A stretch of DNA of 45,841 bases. It comes from an uncultured Clostridia bacterium. GTDB taxonomy: Bacteria > Bacillota > Clostridia > Christensenellales > UBA1242. The stretch's first letter is position 1; the number at the start of each line of letters is the position of its first letter. The position numbers were made by a program, and so were the translations under genes. The notes under the pieces are model-generated. The model saw nothing but the letters and a program-made list of their open reading frames with translations. It made no database searches and was not told where the DNA came from. Shown here piece by piece: positions 8,821-18,369 of the stretch. Location: assembly GCA_947595235.1 (NCBI GenBank), contig CANQEP010000003.1, positions 1-45,841 of the forward strand, given 5' to 3'.

Positions 8821-8857
8821 ATCAAAATGGTATTGAGTATAAATTTGTTTTTGTGAA

Positions 8858-9808
8858 TTAGTGGGGAACAGGAGTATAAGTAAATTCCAATTCGACTTTG
8901 CGGTCATAGATGTCGCCCTTTGGTTCATCCAACATGGACTGAGGATGGGCCTTTCTTGCATAGCAGTAGTTGCAAGCGTGTTGGCAAGTGTCGTATCTTC
9001 CAATATCCACCGCGGGCATACAACCACAATACTTGCGTTGTCCGTCAATTTTGTTGTTCTTGCGACGAACGGCAATGCCTTGACTTTCATATTTTGTGCT
9101 GAGTAGTTTTTCGAATATTTCTCCGTCAATGCACTTGCTCGGCAAAATGTTATATCTTGACCAGTCGCCAGATTCTGCGCACGCCTCAATTTGTATTTCG
9201 TTTTCAATTGCGATGCGCGAAAAAGCGGAGAGTATTTTGTGTTTGTCGGCGAGCGATGGAGCGTGAACCTCTTTTGAACATCCCGAGTAACTTTCAATAA
9301 CAAAACTAATTTTGCAGTGCTTTGTGTGACCTTTAAGTTCTTTACAAAGTTTCTCAAACTCTTTAATGTGCCAGTCAGCGTCTATGCCATTTGTTATGAG
9401 TATGGGGTCGTATCGCCAAATAACTGGGCAGAATTTTGACAACTTTTTGAAACTCTCAATTCGGTCTTTTAGTGGTGGAAGCCCCCCTTCGATGTTTTGA
9501 GGATAAGGATTGAGGGTGTATAAAAAATAATACGCAATGTCACCAAGAGAGGGAAGATGTTTCATAAAAGGCTCGGGGTTCTTCGTCCAAAAAACCATGC
9601 CCTCAAGGGTTCCGCTTGTCTCAATTTGGCGTTCACCCAAAAGATTGACGCTTTTTTCACTAATTTTTAATGGTTGAAGTGGTATTTTTGCGATTTTTGA
9701 CGGGTTTATGGGGTTTGGAACAAGCACAAAACCTTTTTTTATGCAATTTACGAACCAATCGCCATAAAATGCGGGAATATCTGTTCGCCGACTTACGCTA
9801 AGTATCAT
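8858..9808 (-). CDS. DUF1848 family protein (radical-SAM-like, C-terminal CxxxCxxC)
   Basis: MILSVSRRTDIPAFY..WF, FWTKNP, WRYDPI and DIGRYDTCQHACNYCYA. Confidence 0.9.
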   Translation of the reverse strand: MILSVSRRTDIPAFYGDWFVNCIKKGFVLVPNPINPSKIAKIPLQPLKISEKSVNLLGERQIETSGTLEGMVFWTKNPEPFMKHLPSLGDIAYYFLYTLNPYPQNIEGGLPPLKDRIESFKKLSKFCPVIWRYDPILITNGIDADWHIKEFEKLCKELKGHTKHCKISFVIESYSGCSKEVHAPSLADKHKILSAFSRIAIENEIQIEACAESGDWSRYNILPSKCIDGEIFEKLLSTKYESQGIAVRRKNNKIDGQRKYCGCMPAVDIGRYDTCQHACNYCYARKAHPQSMLDEPKGDIYDRKVELEFTYTPVPH

Positions 9809-10012
9809 TGTTTTTCTCTCCAACAACGATTATACCATTTCAGTTAATAATTTCAAAGCATTTGAAGTGCCCACACTCATAGCAGTGGGGAATTTTTTTG
9901 TTGCGTTTTTGATTGGCGACGAGGGGAAAAATGTTTATAATTGAAAATGTTAGGGGTATCAAAATTTTTGATATATTTAAAGTGCTATGAAAAAATGTTT
10001 TTAGGGGGAGAA

Positions 10013-10966
10013 ATGGAAGATTTTTTGAAGGTTGCAAAGGCGGTCATGCTGGGGCACGCGGTGGGCGACGCGCTTGGAGTCCCCGTTGAGTTTCAGCAAA
10101 GGTGGAGGCTAAAAGAAAATCCCGTGACAGACATGACTGGCGGGGGAACACACAGAATGCCTGTGGGCACATGGTCGGACGACACAAGCATGGCGCTTTG
10201 CACTCTTGACAGTTTTGTTGGCGGAAGGCTCAGCCTTAAAAAAATAATGGAGAATTTTGGAAGGTGGCTCTATAACGGCGAGTTCACCGCGACGGGCACG
10301 ACCTTCGACGTTGGGGGCACTTGCGGAAATGCCATTTACAGATACATCAAAGAGAAGAAGTCAACGTCAAGGTGCGGACTTGATGACGAGTTTTCAAACG
10401 GCAATGGCTCGCTCATGAGGATTCACCCTTTTGTTTTGTATCTCATTGCAAACCACTATAACATATATAGCCCAGTAAAGCTAAGGGACATTGGCAAGGT
10501 GTCGGCGCTCACCCACGCTCACCCACGCTCAAAACTTGCTTGCCAAATTTATGCCATAATTCTTGAGGAGTTAATTAAAAACCCTGACAAAAGTTCGGTT
10601 GAAAAAGCAATGGGCAACATTCAATCACTGCCCTTCGGTGCGCTTAAAGGCGAGTATAACGAATTGAAGCACTTCTCTCGGCTGCTTGGTGGCATTGAGA
10701 ATTTGAGCGAGGACGACATCGCCAGCGATGGCTATGTTATAAACTCGCTTGAGGCCGCCGTCTGGTGCCTTCTTGTGACCAACAGTTATGAAGAGTGCGT
10801 GTTAAAGGCGGTGAATCTTGGGGGCGACACCGACACAACCGCGGCGATTGCTGGTGGGCTGGCTGGCGCGCTCTATGGCTACGAAGCAATTCCAAAGCGC
10901 TGGCTAAACGCTCTGCAAAGGCGGGACTACATCGAGTCGCTTTGTGAAAAAGTGTTTGGAAAATAG
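10013..10966 (+). CDS. ADP-ribosylglycohydrolase (DraG/ARH family)
   Basis: GDALG, WSDDT, GNGSLMR, SALTH and GGDTDT motifs. RBS GGGGGAG. Confidence 0.95.
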   Translation: MEDFLKVAKAVMLGHAVGDALGVPVEFQQRWRLKENPVTDMTGGGTHRMPVGTWSDDTSMALCTLDSFVGGRLSLKKIMENFGRWLYNGEFTATGTTFDVGGTCGNAIYRYIKEKKSTSRCGLDDEFSNGNGSLMRIHPFVLYLIANHYNIYSPVKLRDIGKVSALTHAHPRSKLACQIYAIILEELIKNPDKSSVEKAMGNIQSLPFGALKGEYNELKHFSRLLGGIENLSEDDIASDGYVINSLEAAVWCLLVTNSYEECVLKAVNLGGDTDTTAAIAGGLAGALYGYEAIPKRWLNALQRRDYIESLCEKVFGK

Positions 10967-11071
10967 TTGGCGAATTTTGGCAAAAAGCCATAAAATAGCA
11001 TGAAAAATGGGGACAAATTGTCCCCATTTGCGTTAAATGTTATACAATACTTTTTTGCGTTTTTCGGCGCA

Positions 11072-11872
11072 TTAACTCAAAATGTCGGGGTCGCACTGCC
11101 TTGGGTCATGCCTTTTTGAGGGGCTGTTGACATTTGTGTAGGACGAGTTCACGCTTTCACGGCCACTGCGACGGTCGGTGAAGTGAACCCCCTCGGCAAA
11201 TCTGTAAAAGCCTTTGTGGTTTTCTCCAACCGTGCTGCCGTCTTCATAGAACAAGAGGTTGGTGTCAAGCGACGGGGTGATGACAAGATCGGCGTGCTTG
11301 ATTCTTCCGCCAATGACCTGGCGCTCAACATAGTTTGCCCAAAGGTCGCCAAGGCTCCAAGAATTTGAAACGTAGTTCGGGAACTCGGGCTGCTCGGGGT
11401 GGGTGTGGCCAAATATCAAAAATGGCTTTGTGCCATGCTCCTCACCATAGGCTTTCATGGCGTCAATAAGTTGCATAACGGTGCCTTCTTGTGCCTTGTT
11501 AAAGCCAACACTTCTGTAGCCCATGTCATAAACCTTCATGTCGTCAACCGCAATGGTGCCGTCGGACTTTTCTTCGCCAACCAAAAGGAAGCCAATTTCC
11601 GTCTTTTCTCCCGTGTAGTTGAAGTTCGCCATTTTTACCATGATTCTTTGCAGTTTTTCGCTGACATCGGGCGAGAGAACAACCTTGTACTTTGGCGCTA
11701 GTTTTGGCAAGCACTTGCCCGCAGTTGGAACGCACGCAAGGGAGCCATGCTTTTCGGGGTCAATCCAACTTCGGTCTTCAATGACACCTCTTTGGGAGTA
11801 GAGAGGAATATTTTGGGCAGTCAAAATGTCCATAAATTCTCTTTTCATTTCATCGCTATAATATCCGCTCAT
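11072..11872 (-). CDS. JAB/MPN+ (JAMM)-like metallopeptidase domain protein
   Basis: EIGFLLVG, then HTHP, then SLGD, matching the E..HxH..SxxD JAMM signature. Confidence 0.65.
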   Translation of the reverse strand: MSGYYSDEMKREFMDILTAQNIPLYSQRGVIEDRSWIDPEKHGSLACVPTAGKCLPKLAPKYKVVLSPDVSEKLQRIMVKMANFNYTGEKTEIGFLLVGEEKSDGTIAVDDMKVYDMGYRSVGFNKAQEGTVMQLIDAMKAYGEEHGTKPFLIFGHTHPEQPEFPNYVSNSWSLGDLWANYVERQVIGGRIKHADLVITPSLDTNLLFYEDGSTVGENHKGFYRFAEGVHFTDRRSGRESVNSSYTNVNSPSKRHDPRQCDPDILS

Positions 11873-11990
11873 TTTTAGCCCCCATATTTTTTATTATATC
11901 AATTATACCACACTTCAAGTGGTTTTGCAATGTTTTGAAAAACGAGACTTTGTTGCTTAAAGTTGGCACAAAACGAAATTGTCAACAAGG

Positions 11991-12019
11991 TTTACAAGAC
12001 GGCAGAATGGTGGTATAAT
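11991..12019 (+). promoter_or_regulatory. SigA-type promoter of the gluzincin gene
   Basis: TTTACA-17 bp-TATAAT with an extended TG. Confidence 0.65.
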
Positions 12020-12039
12020 ATTTGAAAAGGAGAGAACTC

Positions 12040-12990
12040 ATGGGAAAACTTTTGTATTTTCTTGGAGGAAAGTTGCTAAAAGACAAAAAGTCCACGCTTG
12101 AACTTCTTGACGAGCCAAGGAAGAACAAAGACGGCGAGCAATACAAATTGTTCGACTGCGACGGCGACCGTAAACAGAACTTGAAATTCATTGCCGAAAC
12201 TTTTGACAATATGCGCCGTGCAATAAAGAGTATGTGCTCAAAAGAAGGCGCAGAAGTTGTTGACCAGCACTTTGAAGAGACCATAAAGAGAATGTCTGCC
12301 ATACGCATTGACAAAAAAGACAAAGATATGTACCCCACGAAACTCATTTTTGACGAGTTCACAAAAAATGGGAGTGTACCATTCGAAAGTAAATTGCGCG
12401 ACGGCGTTACAAGGAGCGTCCTTGACGACGGCATCATGATGCTTATGCCCGAACTGAAAGAGGAGTGTAGAAGTCGTGAGGGCGTTGGCGCAAGACAAAC
12501 ATTGGTGCATGAAATGCTGCATGCAATGAGCAACCATATAGAAGAAAAAAATGGCAAATTATCATATATCCCCGGTATGCAAATTAACGGGAGTAGCAAC
12601 ATTTTCGACGACCTTAATGAGGGGCTTAACGAGTACTACACAAGAAAAGCCATGCAAATAATGTACCCTGGCGCGCAGATTGAAGGGAGATATGTGGCTC
12701 GAACAAGCGTTATTGAGGCGTTTATGCAACAAATGGATGATAAGAGCCGAACAAGACTTTTTGAGGCGTATGTTTCGGGTAACTTTGACAAGGTCTTAAA
12801 CGAAGAATTTATGAGAATAAAAACGCGAGACGGCGAAAGCCTCAAAGAGCGTCTTGACGCCCTTGCAAAAAAAGGATTTAGAATCGGCGCGGTGAACGAC
12901 AATCAAAATATGCGAAATGCGAAGTCACTCATTGACGGCTTCAAAGAGTTTAATTTTGATTTGTCCGCCTCCAAAGAAAGTGGTGATTAA
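12040..12990 (+). CDS. Gluzincin-like zinc metallopeptidase domain protein
   Basis: LVHEMLH (HExxH) plus downstream LNEGLNE third-ligand motif; no signal peptide. Alternative start TTG 12073 follows GGAGG. Confidence 0.7.
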   Translation: MGKLLYFLGGKLLKDKKSTLELLDEPRKNKDGEQYKLFDCDGDRKQNLKFIAETFDNMRRAIKSMCSKEGAEVVDQHFEETIKRMSAIRIDKKDKDMYPTKLIFDEFTKNGSVPFESKLRDGVTRSVLDDGIMMLMPELKEECRSREGVGARQTLVHEMLHAMSNHIEEKNGKLSYIPGMQINGSSNIFDDLNEGLNEYYTRKAMQIMYPGAQIEGRYVARTSVIEAFMQQMDDKSRTRLFEAYVSGNFDKVLNEEFMRIKTRDGESLKERLDALAKKGFRIGAVNDNQNMRNAKSLIDGFKEFNFDLSASKESGD

Positions 12991-13057
12991 ATTGTCACCA
13001 TTTTTTGTTAGCAAATTTTAAAATTTTGTGAAAAAACGCCCCCAAGGGGGCGATTGA

Positions 13058-14077
13058 TCATTGCTGAGGTTCGGTGGTTTTGGACTTTATAACTTCGTCT
13101 ATAAAGGCCTTTGGGGCGATTATGTTTTTGTTCTCTTTTGCTGTTTTGATTAGTAATTGCTTCAGTTCTTCGGCGCTAAGATTTGGATTTGCTTGTTGAG
13201 AAAGAGCCAAGAGCCCAACAACATAGGGTATTGCCCAACTCAAGCCCCCCATACCCCAGTATGTGAAGCCGAATTGTTTGTTGTCGTAACTTTCTGCGAC
13301 TGTGCGAATAGAATTGGGAGCGAAGACAAGGTCATAGGGTTCGTGCCCCGCCTCGCTCTGCGGTTCGTTGGGGTAGCCATATTTGAACTCGTTTGTCTTA
13401 GGGTCGACCCACATGGGCGAGACAAACCGATTTTCTTTTGTGCATTCAACAACGCACACTCCATCTTTTTGCGCCTTTTGAACACTCTTTGTCCACTTTT
13501 CAGCCGACTTGAACTTTCTCCAACCAAACGCGGCAGAGACAGACACAAACTTGATTTTTTTGTCGATAGGAAGTTTGTTGTTTTCTTCCAATATCCAATC
13601 AAGAGCCCTTGCGGCGTACTCTGCGTCACCCTCCCAAGAAGGGACGGCGGCGAATATAACACTAGATTCTGGTGCAGTGCCAATAGTCTTTCCAGCAAGA
13701 AGGCTCATGACGGCGGGACCATGCATACTACTAACTTGACTTGGGTCACAAAAACTTTTGTAAGATAAAATTCGCTCGCGGTATTCTGGATGATCAAGGG
13801 CGAGGGGTTGGTCAATTATTGCAACATTCACTCCTTTGCCCGTCAGCCCCATTTGGTGAAGTTGCCTTATGCCAAGCGGTGGCTCTTTTGCCATTTCCAG
13901 TATTTTTCTTGCGGGGGTTGGGTCGCTGAATTTGGTTTTTTCATTGAACGAAAGAGTAAGCAAAGTGTCATCTTTTGGAGTAGTGAATGTTGGCAACTCC
14001 TCGCCAAATGGAATAGCCCTTATGTCTGCAAATTTGTCTGGTTCTTTTTGCGAACCTTCTTCAACTTTTTTGTTCAT
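13058..14077 (-). CDS. S8 family serine peptidase (subtilase), no signal peptide
   Basis: Catalytic triad motifs GKGVNVAIID, HGPAVMSLLAG and GGLSWAIPYVVG. Confidence 0.88.
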   Translation of the reverse strand: MNKKVEEGSQKEPDKFADIRAIPFGEELPTFTTPKDDTLLTLSFNEKTKFSDPTPARKILEMAKEPPLGIRQLHQMGLTGKGVNVAIIDQPLALDHPEYRERILSYKSFCDPSQVSSMHGPAVMSLLAGKTIGTAPESSVIFAAVPSWEGDAEYAARALDWILEENNKLPIDKKIKFVSVSAAFGWRKFKSAEKWTKSVQKAQKDGVCVVECTKENRFVSPMWVDPKTNEFKYGYPNEPQSEAGHEPYDLVFAPNSIRTVAESYDNKQFGFTYWGMGGLSWAIPYVVGLLALSQQANPNLSAEELKQLLIKTAKENKNIIAPKAFIDEVIKSKTTEPQQ

Positions 14078-14173
14078 AAAATCACCTCAAAAACTTATAA
14101 CTTAACTTTAATGCCACGACTTGCAAATAACTTCCTATAAACTTAGGACGCGTCAATGTTTTTCATGACTATG

Positions 14174-14713
14174 TTAAATTATTAGTCGACCTTCGGGCTG
14201 AAGAACGTCTTTTGTTTTTCTTATCTCAAAAAGCATTTTGATGAAGGAGGGATAAAAGAGCAAAAATTCCTTTTTTTCTATCATTTCTAGTATCTCGCTT
14301 TCTGTTGCCCATTTGACGGCTTGCACCTCGCCGTCATCAAAATGTATGTCTTTTAGGTCGATGTCCTTTTCAATCAAATAATAGTCGTCAAAAGCCGTGT
14401 CGTGGTTCAAAGTAAAGGCTGGTCTTTCGTTTGAGAGGTCAAGGTCTAGCCCCAGTTCTTCTTTTACTTCGCGAGCAAGCGCTTGTGTTGAGTTTTCGCC
14501 AGCGATTGAACCGCCACTTAGCGTCAAGTCCCACAAGTCGGGCCAATGCTTTTTGCTGTGGTCTCGCTGTTGAATGAGCATTTGACCTTTGCTGTTGAAC
14601 AAGCAAAGATGAAGTCGCAGTGAATAATATTTTCCTTCGGGAAACTTCTCACTTTTACTCATTGTTTTTCCAGTTTTTTGTCTGTCAATATCATACAAAT
14701 CCCAAATTTCCAT
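14174..14713 (-). CDS. NUDIX hydrolase (Idi-like subfamily)
   Basis: MEIWDLYD, LIQQR..K..WP..WD and Nudix box GGSIAGENSTQALAREVKEELG. Confidence 0.92.
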   Translation of the reverse strand: MEIWDLYDIDRQKTGKTMSKSEKFPEGKYYSLRLHLCLFNSKGQMLIQQRDHSKKHWPDLWDLTLSGGSIAGENSTQALAREVKEELGLDLDLSNERPAFTLNHDTAFDDYYLIEKDIDLKDIHFDDGEVQAVKWATESEILEMIEKKEFLLFYPSFIKMLFEIRKTKDVLQPEGRLII

Positions 14714-14756
14714 AAAAAATACCTCATTTTTTAGATTGTGTTTTGCGAATCGCAAG

Positions 14757-15221
14757 TCATTTTTGAGACTTGCCGTAGCCTCGTTCGGTAAGAACTTTTC
14801 TAAGTTTCAAGTCTAGTTCGTCAAGGGTGTCATACACAATGAATGTTGAGTTTGGGAAGCCCCCAGTGACAAGGATGCCGATATGTGGCTTTCTTTCGTA
14901 GGCGAAGATGACATCCTTTTGCATCTCATGTGCCATTCCAAGAACAATGCCCGTTGCCATCACCGCTTTTGATATGTCGCAAATAACAAGGTCGCTTTGG
15001 CGAAGATGCTCGGCTTCATAATCAAACGACTCTTTGTTAAGTTCAATTTCAGAGAGGGTAGGGTGCTCGCGGTCGTATTTTATGATGTGCTCAGAAATGT
15101 CATCTCTGGTAACAATATCTTTTCTTTCAAAAAAATCTGTCAGCACTTTCACATAACGATCGCACCTTTTCGTTTCCTCTTCATAAATCGAGAAAAATGC
15201 TCCCGTTAAAAACACTTTCAT
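14757..15221 (-). CDS. Nucleoside 2-deoxyribosyltransferase/DNPH1-like protein, apparently lacking the catalytic Glu
   Basis: KVFLTG..LRQSDLVICDIS..TGIVLGMA..KDVI fold pattern. The usual GxExGxA Glu is Val. Confidence 0.65.
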   Translation of the reverse strand: MKVFLTGAFFSIYEEETKRCDRYVKVLTDFFERKDIVTRDDISEHIIKYDREHPTLSEIELNKESFDYEAEHLRQSDLVICDISKAVMATGIVLGMAHEMQKDVIFAYERKPHIGILVTGGFPNSTFIVYDTLDELDLKLRKVLTERGYGKSQK

Positions 15222-15428
15222 AATTTTTCCCCCTTCTTTTAACATTTCCATTATATTTGCAAGTCAACTTTTTGTCAAGAAAACCCCAAGTGAGGCGGGG
15301 CTCTAATTGTGTTTTTAAAATATATTTTCGCTATTTGGCGAAGAAAAAGTGAAAAATGTGGCATTTTTATTGCTAAATGGAGGGGAAATATAATAAAATA
15401 AAAACAGAAACTTTTTGAGGAGAAAATT

Positions 15429-16022
15429 ATGAGAAGATACTTAACTCTTTCTGCGGCAATAATTTCGATTGGCTTTCCGCTTGTGTATGTTATCTTGAAT
15501 GTTATCAAGGCAACATCTTTCATGAGCCTTGTTATGGGCGGGGTGGTCAAGTTCATTACAATTTTAGTTGCTGCGTATGCCGCCTTGACGGGATTTTTTT
15601 CGCTCACGGCTTTTGCTTGCACGCACGAGACCTATAGAAGGAAATACCGCTCGCTCTTTCAAGCAATATTGTTTAATGGCGCGCTTGCTGGCCTTTTGAT
15701 TTATGGCATGATAAAGACTTTTGACACTTATAGCATCTTTGTTATCATCGCATCAATCACTGCGGTTGCGCTATATATAACAGATATGTTCCTTGAAAAA
15801 AAGCGCGTTTTGGCTCACGCCAATAAATATGGTCAAACCTCGGCAAAGTCTAAGGCTACCGAAGAGCCCGTGACCGAAGAACCCGCAAAGGAGTCAACGG
15901 AGCAAACCGCCGAAGAGCCAACAGAAGAGCCAACTGCCGAGCCAACAGCCGAAGAGTCAACAATGAAGCCCACCGACGGGCAGAGTGCTGACGACGGGCA
16001 AGGCGAGACTCCAAAGGAATAG
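15429..16022 (+). CDS. Hypothetical 4-TM membrane protein with acidic (P)T(A)EE repeat tail
   Basis: Four hydrophobic helices and a low-complexity C-terminus. RBS GAGGAG. Confidence 0.8.
   Translation: MRRYLTLSAAIISIGFPLVYVILNVIKATSFMSLVMGGVVKFITILVAAYAALTGFFSLTAFACTHETYRRKYRSLFQAILFNGALAGLLIYGMIKTFDTYSIFVIIASITAVALYITDMFLEKKRVLAHANKYGQTSAKSKATEEPVTEEPAKESTEQTAEEPTEEPTAEPTAEESTMKPTDGQSADDGQGETPKE
15858..15963 (+). repeat. Intragenic 12/15-nt degenerate tandem repeats (TEEP/TAEE)
   Basis: Recurrent ACCGAAGAGCC, ACAGAAGAGCC and GCCGAAGAG units. Confidence 0.7.
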
Positions 16023-16028
16023 AAAGCA

Positions 16029-16054
16029 TAAAAAGAGGTTTTGAGCCTCTTTTT
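16029..16054. terminator. Bidirectional intrinsic terminator
   Basis: AAAAAGAGG-TTTTGAG-CCTCTTTTT between convergent genes. Confidence 0.7.
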
Positions 16055-16083
16055 CTGTGTTATTTAGTGCGAAATTGCGTTTT

Positions 16084-17094
16084 TTATTTGGCGAAGAACT
16101 GCATTGTGCGGACTATTTCTTTGCGGGGATCGGTGCCACCTGTGTAGCCAAAGTCCGAGAAGTGAAGAGCGTTTTTGCTCTCTTCGGGGTCTATTGTGAA
16201 ATTTTTTGACAAAATCTGCGTCATGACCTTTGGATAGTAAAGGCCGGGCTCTTTGTTTGATGCGCGTTGCTTTTTAACCATGCCATGTGTTCCAAGCGCG
16301 CAAAGAAAGGCGGGGAGCATAACCACTTTTCTTTGGTCGCCCATGGCTTTTAGCATTAGGGCTAAAAGTTCTTTGAATGAGATGTTGCCAGTTGCGATAG
16401 GGTAGCACTTTTTGTTTTCGCCCGCGAGCGTGCAAGCAACAACCGCCTCGGCAACTCCGTCGCGACTGATTATTGCGGTTGAGCCACCGCTTGGAAAGTA
16501 TACTTTTTTGAACCCGTCAAAGTGAGACAAGAAACTGTCCTTCCAAATTGGGGTGCGCCCCTCTGCAATGCCAAAGATGTAGGGAAGTTCCAAGAAATTC
16601 ACCGAAAAGTCATCATCCGCGAGGGTCAAAAGTTCGCTTTGCTGTTCGGCACGACACCTAATATATGCGTGGTGTTTTTCAAGTTTGCCCTTATATTTTC
16701 TGTTGAAGTGGGCAAAATATGAACTTAGAATGGTTGCGTGCTTTATGCCACACTTTTTCGCCGAGGCAACAACTCGCTTGCACGCTTCAACCAGCCTTTC
16801 ATGAAAAAAGTCATAGGCTGGGGCGGGCGGAGTGTAGCGGTCGTCGGGGCCAAGAGCATAGACAAGTGCGTCGTAGCCCTTGCCAGAAAAGAGTGTTTCA
16901 AGTTCTTTGTCGCTTGCTGAAAAAAGGTCGCAAAGAGTGATGCCAATTCTTTTGTCAACAAAGCCAAGGTCCTTCATTTCGCCAGCGAGGGCGATGATGT
17001 CAACGGCTATGCCCTCTTTCAAAAATTGCTCGGCAGAAGGGTAACCAAGAAAGCCCGTTCCGCCCGCAATAATAACTTTTTTTATCTCTCTCAT
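16084..17094 (-). CDS. NAD(P)-dependent epimerase/dehydratase (extended SDR)
   Basis: IAGGTGFLG Rossmann motif; YIRCR at the YxxxK position. RBS GGAGG. Confidence 0.88.
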   Translation of the reverse strand: MREIKKVIIAGGTGFLGYPSAEQFLKEGIAVDIIALAGEMKDLGFVDKRIGITLCDLFSASDKELETLFSGKGYDALVYALGPDDRYTPPAPAYDFFHERLVEACKRVVASAKKCGIKHATILSSYFAHFNRKYKGKLEKHHAYIRCRAEQQSELLTLADDDFSVNFLELPYIFGIAEGRTPIWKDSFLSHFDGFKKVYFPSGGSTAIISRDGVAEAVVACTLAGENKKCYPIATGNISFKELLALMLKAMGDQRKVVMLPAFLCALGTHGMVKKQRASNKEPGLYYPKVMTQILSKNFTIDPEESKNALHFSDFGYTGGTDPRKEIVRTMQFFAK

Positions 17095-17211
17095 AAAAAA
17101 TCCTCCATAAATTAAATAAAAATTTGTTATAAAGTTATAAATTCGTTTGGTGTATGTAATAATAATCATTATAATATAATCTAGTTTTTAAAACAAGCGA
17201 GATGAGAGGAT

Positions 17212-18288
17212 ATGGAAAATATTTTTATTTTGACGGGCGCAAATGGATTTTTGGGGAACAACATTGTTCGTGTGCTCAACAAGGACTATGAAAATTGCGA
17301 AGTGCGTGCACTTGTTCACAAGGGGAGCAAGAGCCCCGACGGGCTCAGTGGCCTCAACTTTCTTCCTTTTGAGGGTGACATAACCGATAAGGAGTCGCTA
17401 AATGCGGTGTTTGACGTTCCAGAGGGCGCGCGAGTTTTTGTTATTCACGCGGCGAGCATAGTGACAATAAAGGCGAAGAACGACCCATTTGTCTATGCGA
17501 CCAACGTTGAGGGGACAAAGAACATTGTTGAAAAAGTGCTTGAAAAACACGCCAAACTTGTTTATATAAGTTCAGTGCACGCCATAACCGAGAAACCCAA
17601 AGGGGAAAAGATTGTTGAAATCGACCACTTTGAGCCAGGCAAGGTTGACGGCCTTTATGCAAAAACAAAGGCAGAGGCGGCGAACTATGTTCTTGATGCC
17701 GTGAAAGAGCGTTGGCTTGACGCGTGCATTTTGCATCCGTCGGGGATGATTGGTCCAAATGACTTCGGCCTAACGCATCTCACAAAGCTCATTCGCGACC
17801 TTGCCAATGGCGATTTTCGCATAATGGTTGGCGGGGGCTATGACTTTGTTGACGTGCGCGACGTTGCCGAAGCGACTGTTTCGGCCTGCGAAAAAGGGCG
17901 AAAGGGAGAGTGTTACATTCTCTCCAACAAGCACTATTCACTTCGCTACACGGCGGACACCGTTTGCGACATCATGGGCTACAAAAAAATCAAGTTCAGA
18001 GTGCCAATGTTCCTTTGCAAGATGTTTGCACCGCTTTGCGAGGTCTATTACAACATGAAAAAAGTGCCACCGCTCTTCACCAAACTTTCGCTAAGAGTGA
18101 TTTGCTCAAATGGTGAGTTTGACAACTCCAAGGCAAAAAACGAACTTGGGTTCTTGCCAAGACCCATTGAGGACACCATAAAAGACACCATAGACTTCAT
18201 GCAAGAGCGGGGGATTGTTAAACCCAAGCAAAAACTACTTTTGAAAGAGCGCAAAAAGGCGTTTAGCGAGCAGATGAGGGAGAACTGA
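17212..18288 (+). CDS. NAD-dependent epimerase/dehydratase (dihydroflavonol-4-reductase-like SDR)
   Basis: TGANGFLG, HAAS, NVEGT, YAKTK and DFVDVRDVA. Confidence 0.92.
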   Translation: MENIFILTGANGFLGNNIVRVLNKDYENCEVRALVHKGSKSPDGLSGLNFLPFEGDITDKESLNAVFDVPEGARVFVIHAASIVTIKAKNDPFVYATNVEGTKNIVEKVLEKHAKLVYISSVHAITEKPKGEKIVEIDHFEPGKVDGLYAKTKAEAANYVLDAVKERWLDACILHPSGMIGPNDFGLTHLTKLIRDLANGDFRIMVGGGYDFVDVRDVAEATVSACEKGRKGECYILSNKHYSLRYTADTVCDIMGYKKIKFRVPMFLCKMFAPLCEVYYNMKKVPPLFTKLSLRVICSNGEFDNSKAKNELGFLPRPIEDTIKDTIDFMQERGIVKPKQKLLLKERKKAFSEQMREN

Positions 18289-18369
18289 TGTCCCTCATTT
18301 TTTTGTAAATTTTATTTTACTTTGGCAAATTCTTGCACTTTTGAGTTTGAAATGGTATCATAAATTTGT

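Noticed and set aside
9840-10037. 65-aa ORF ending KKIPHCYECGHFKC, resembling a Cys-rich domain fragment
   Set aside because: It overlaps the ARH start and promoter region. Only ~20 codons look protein-like, so it is at most a remnant.
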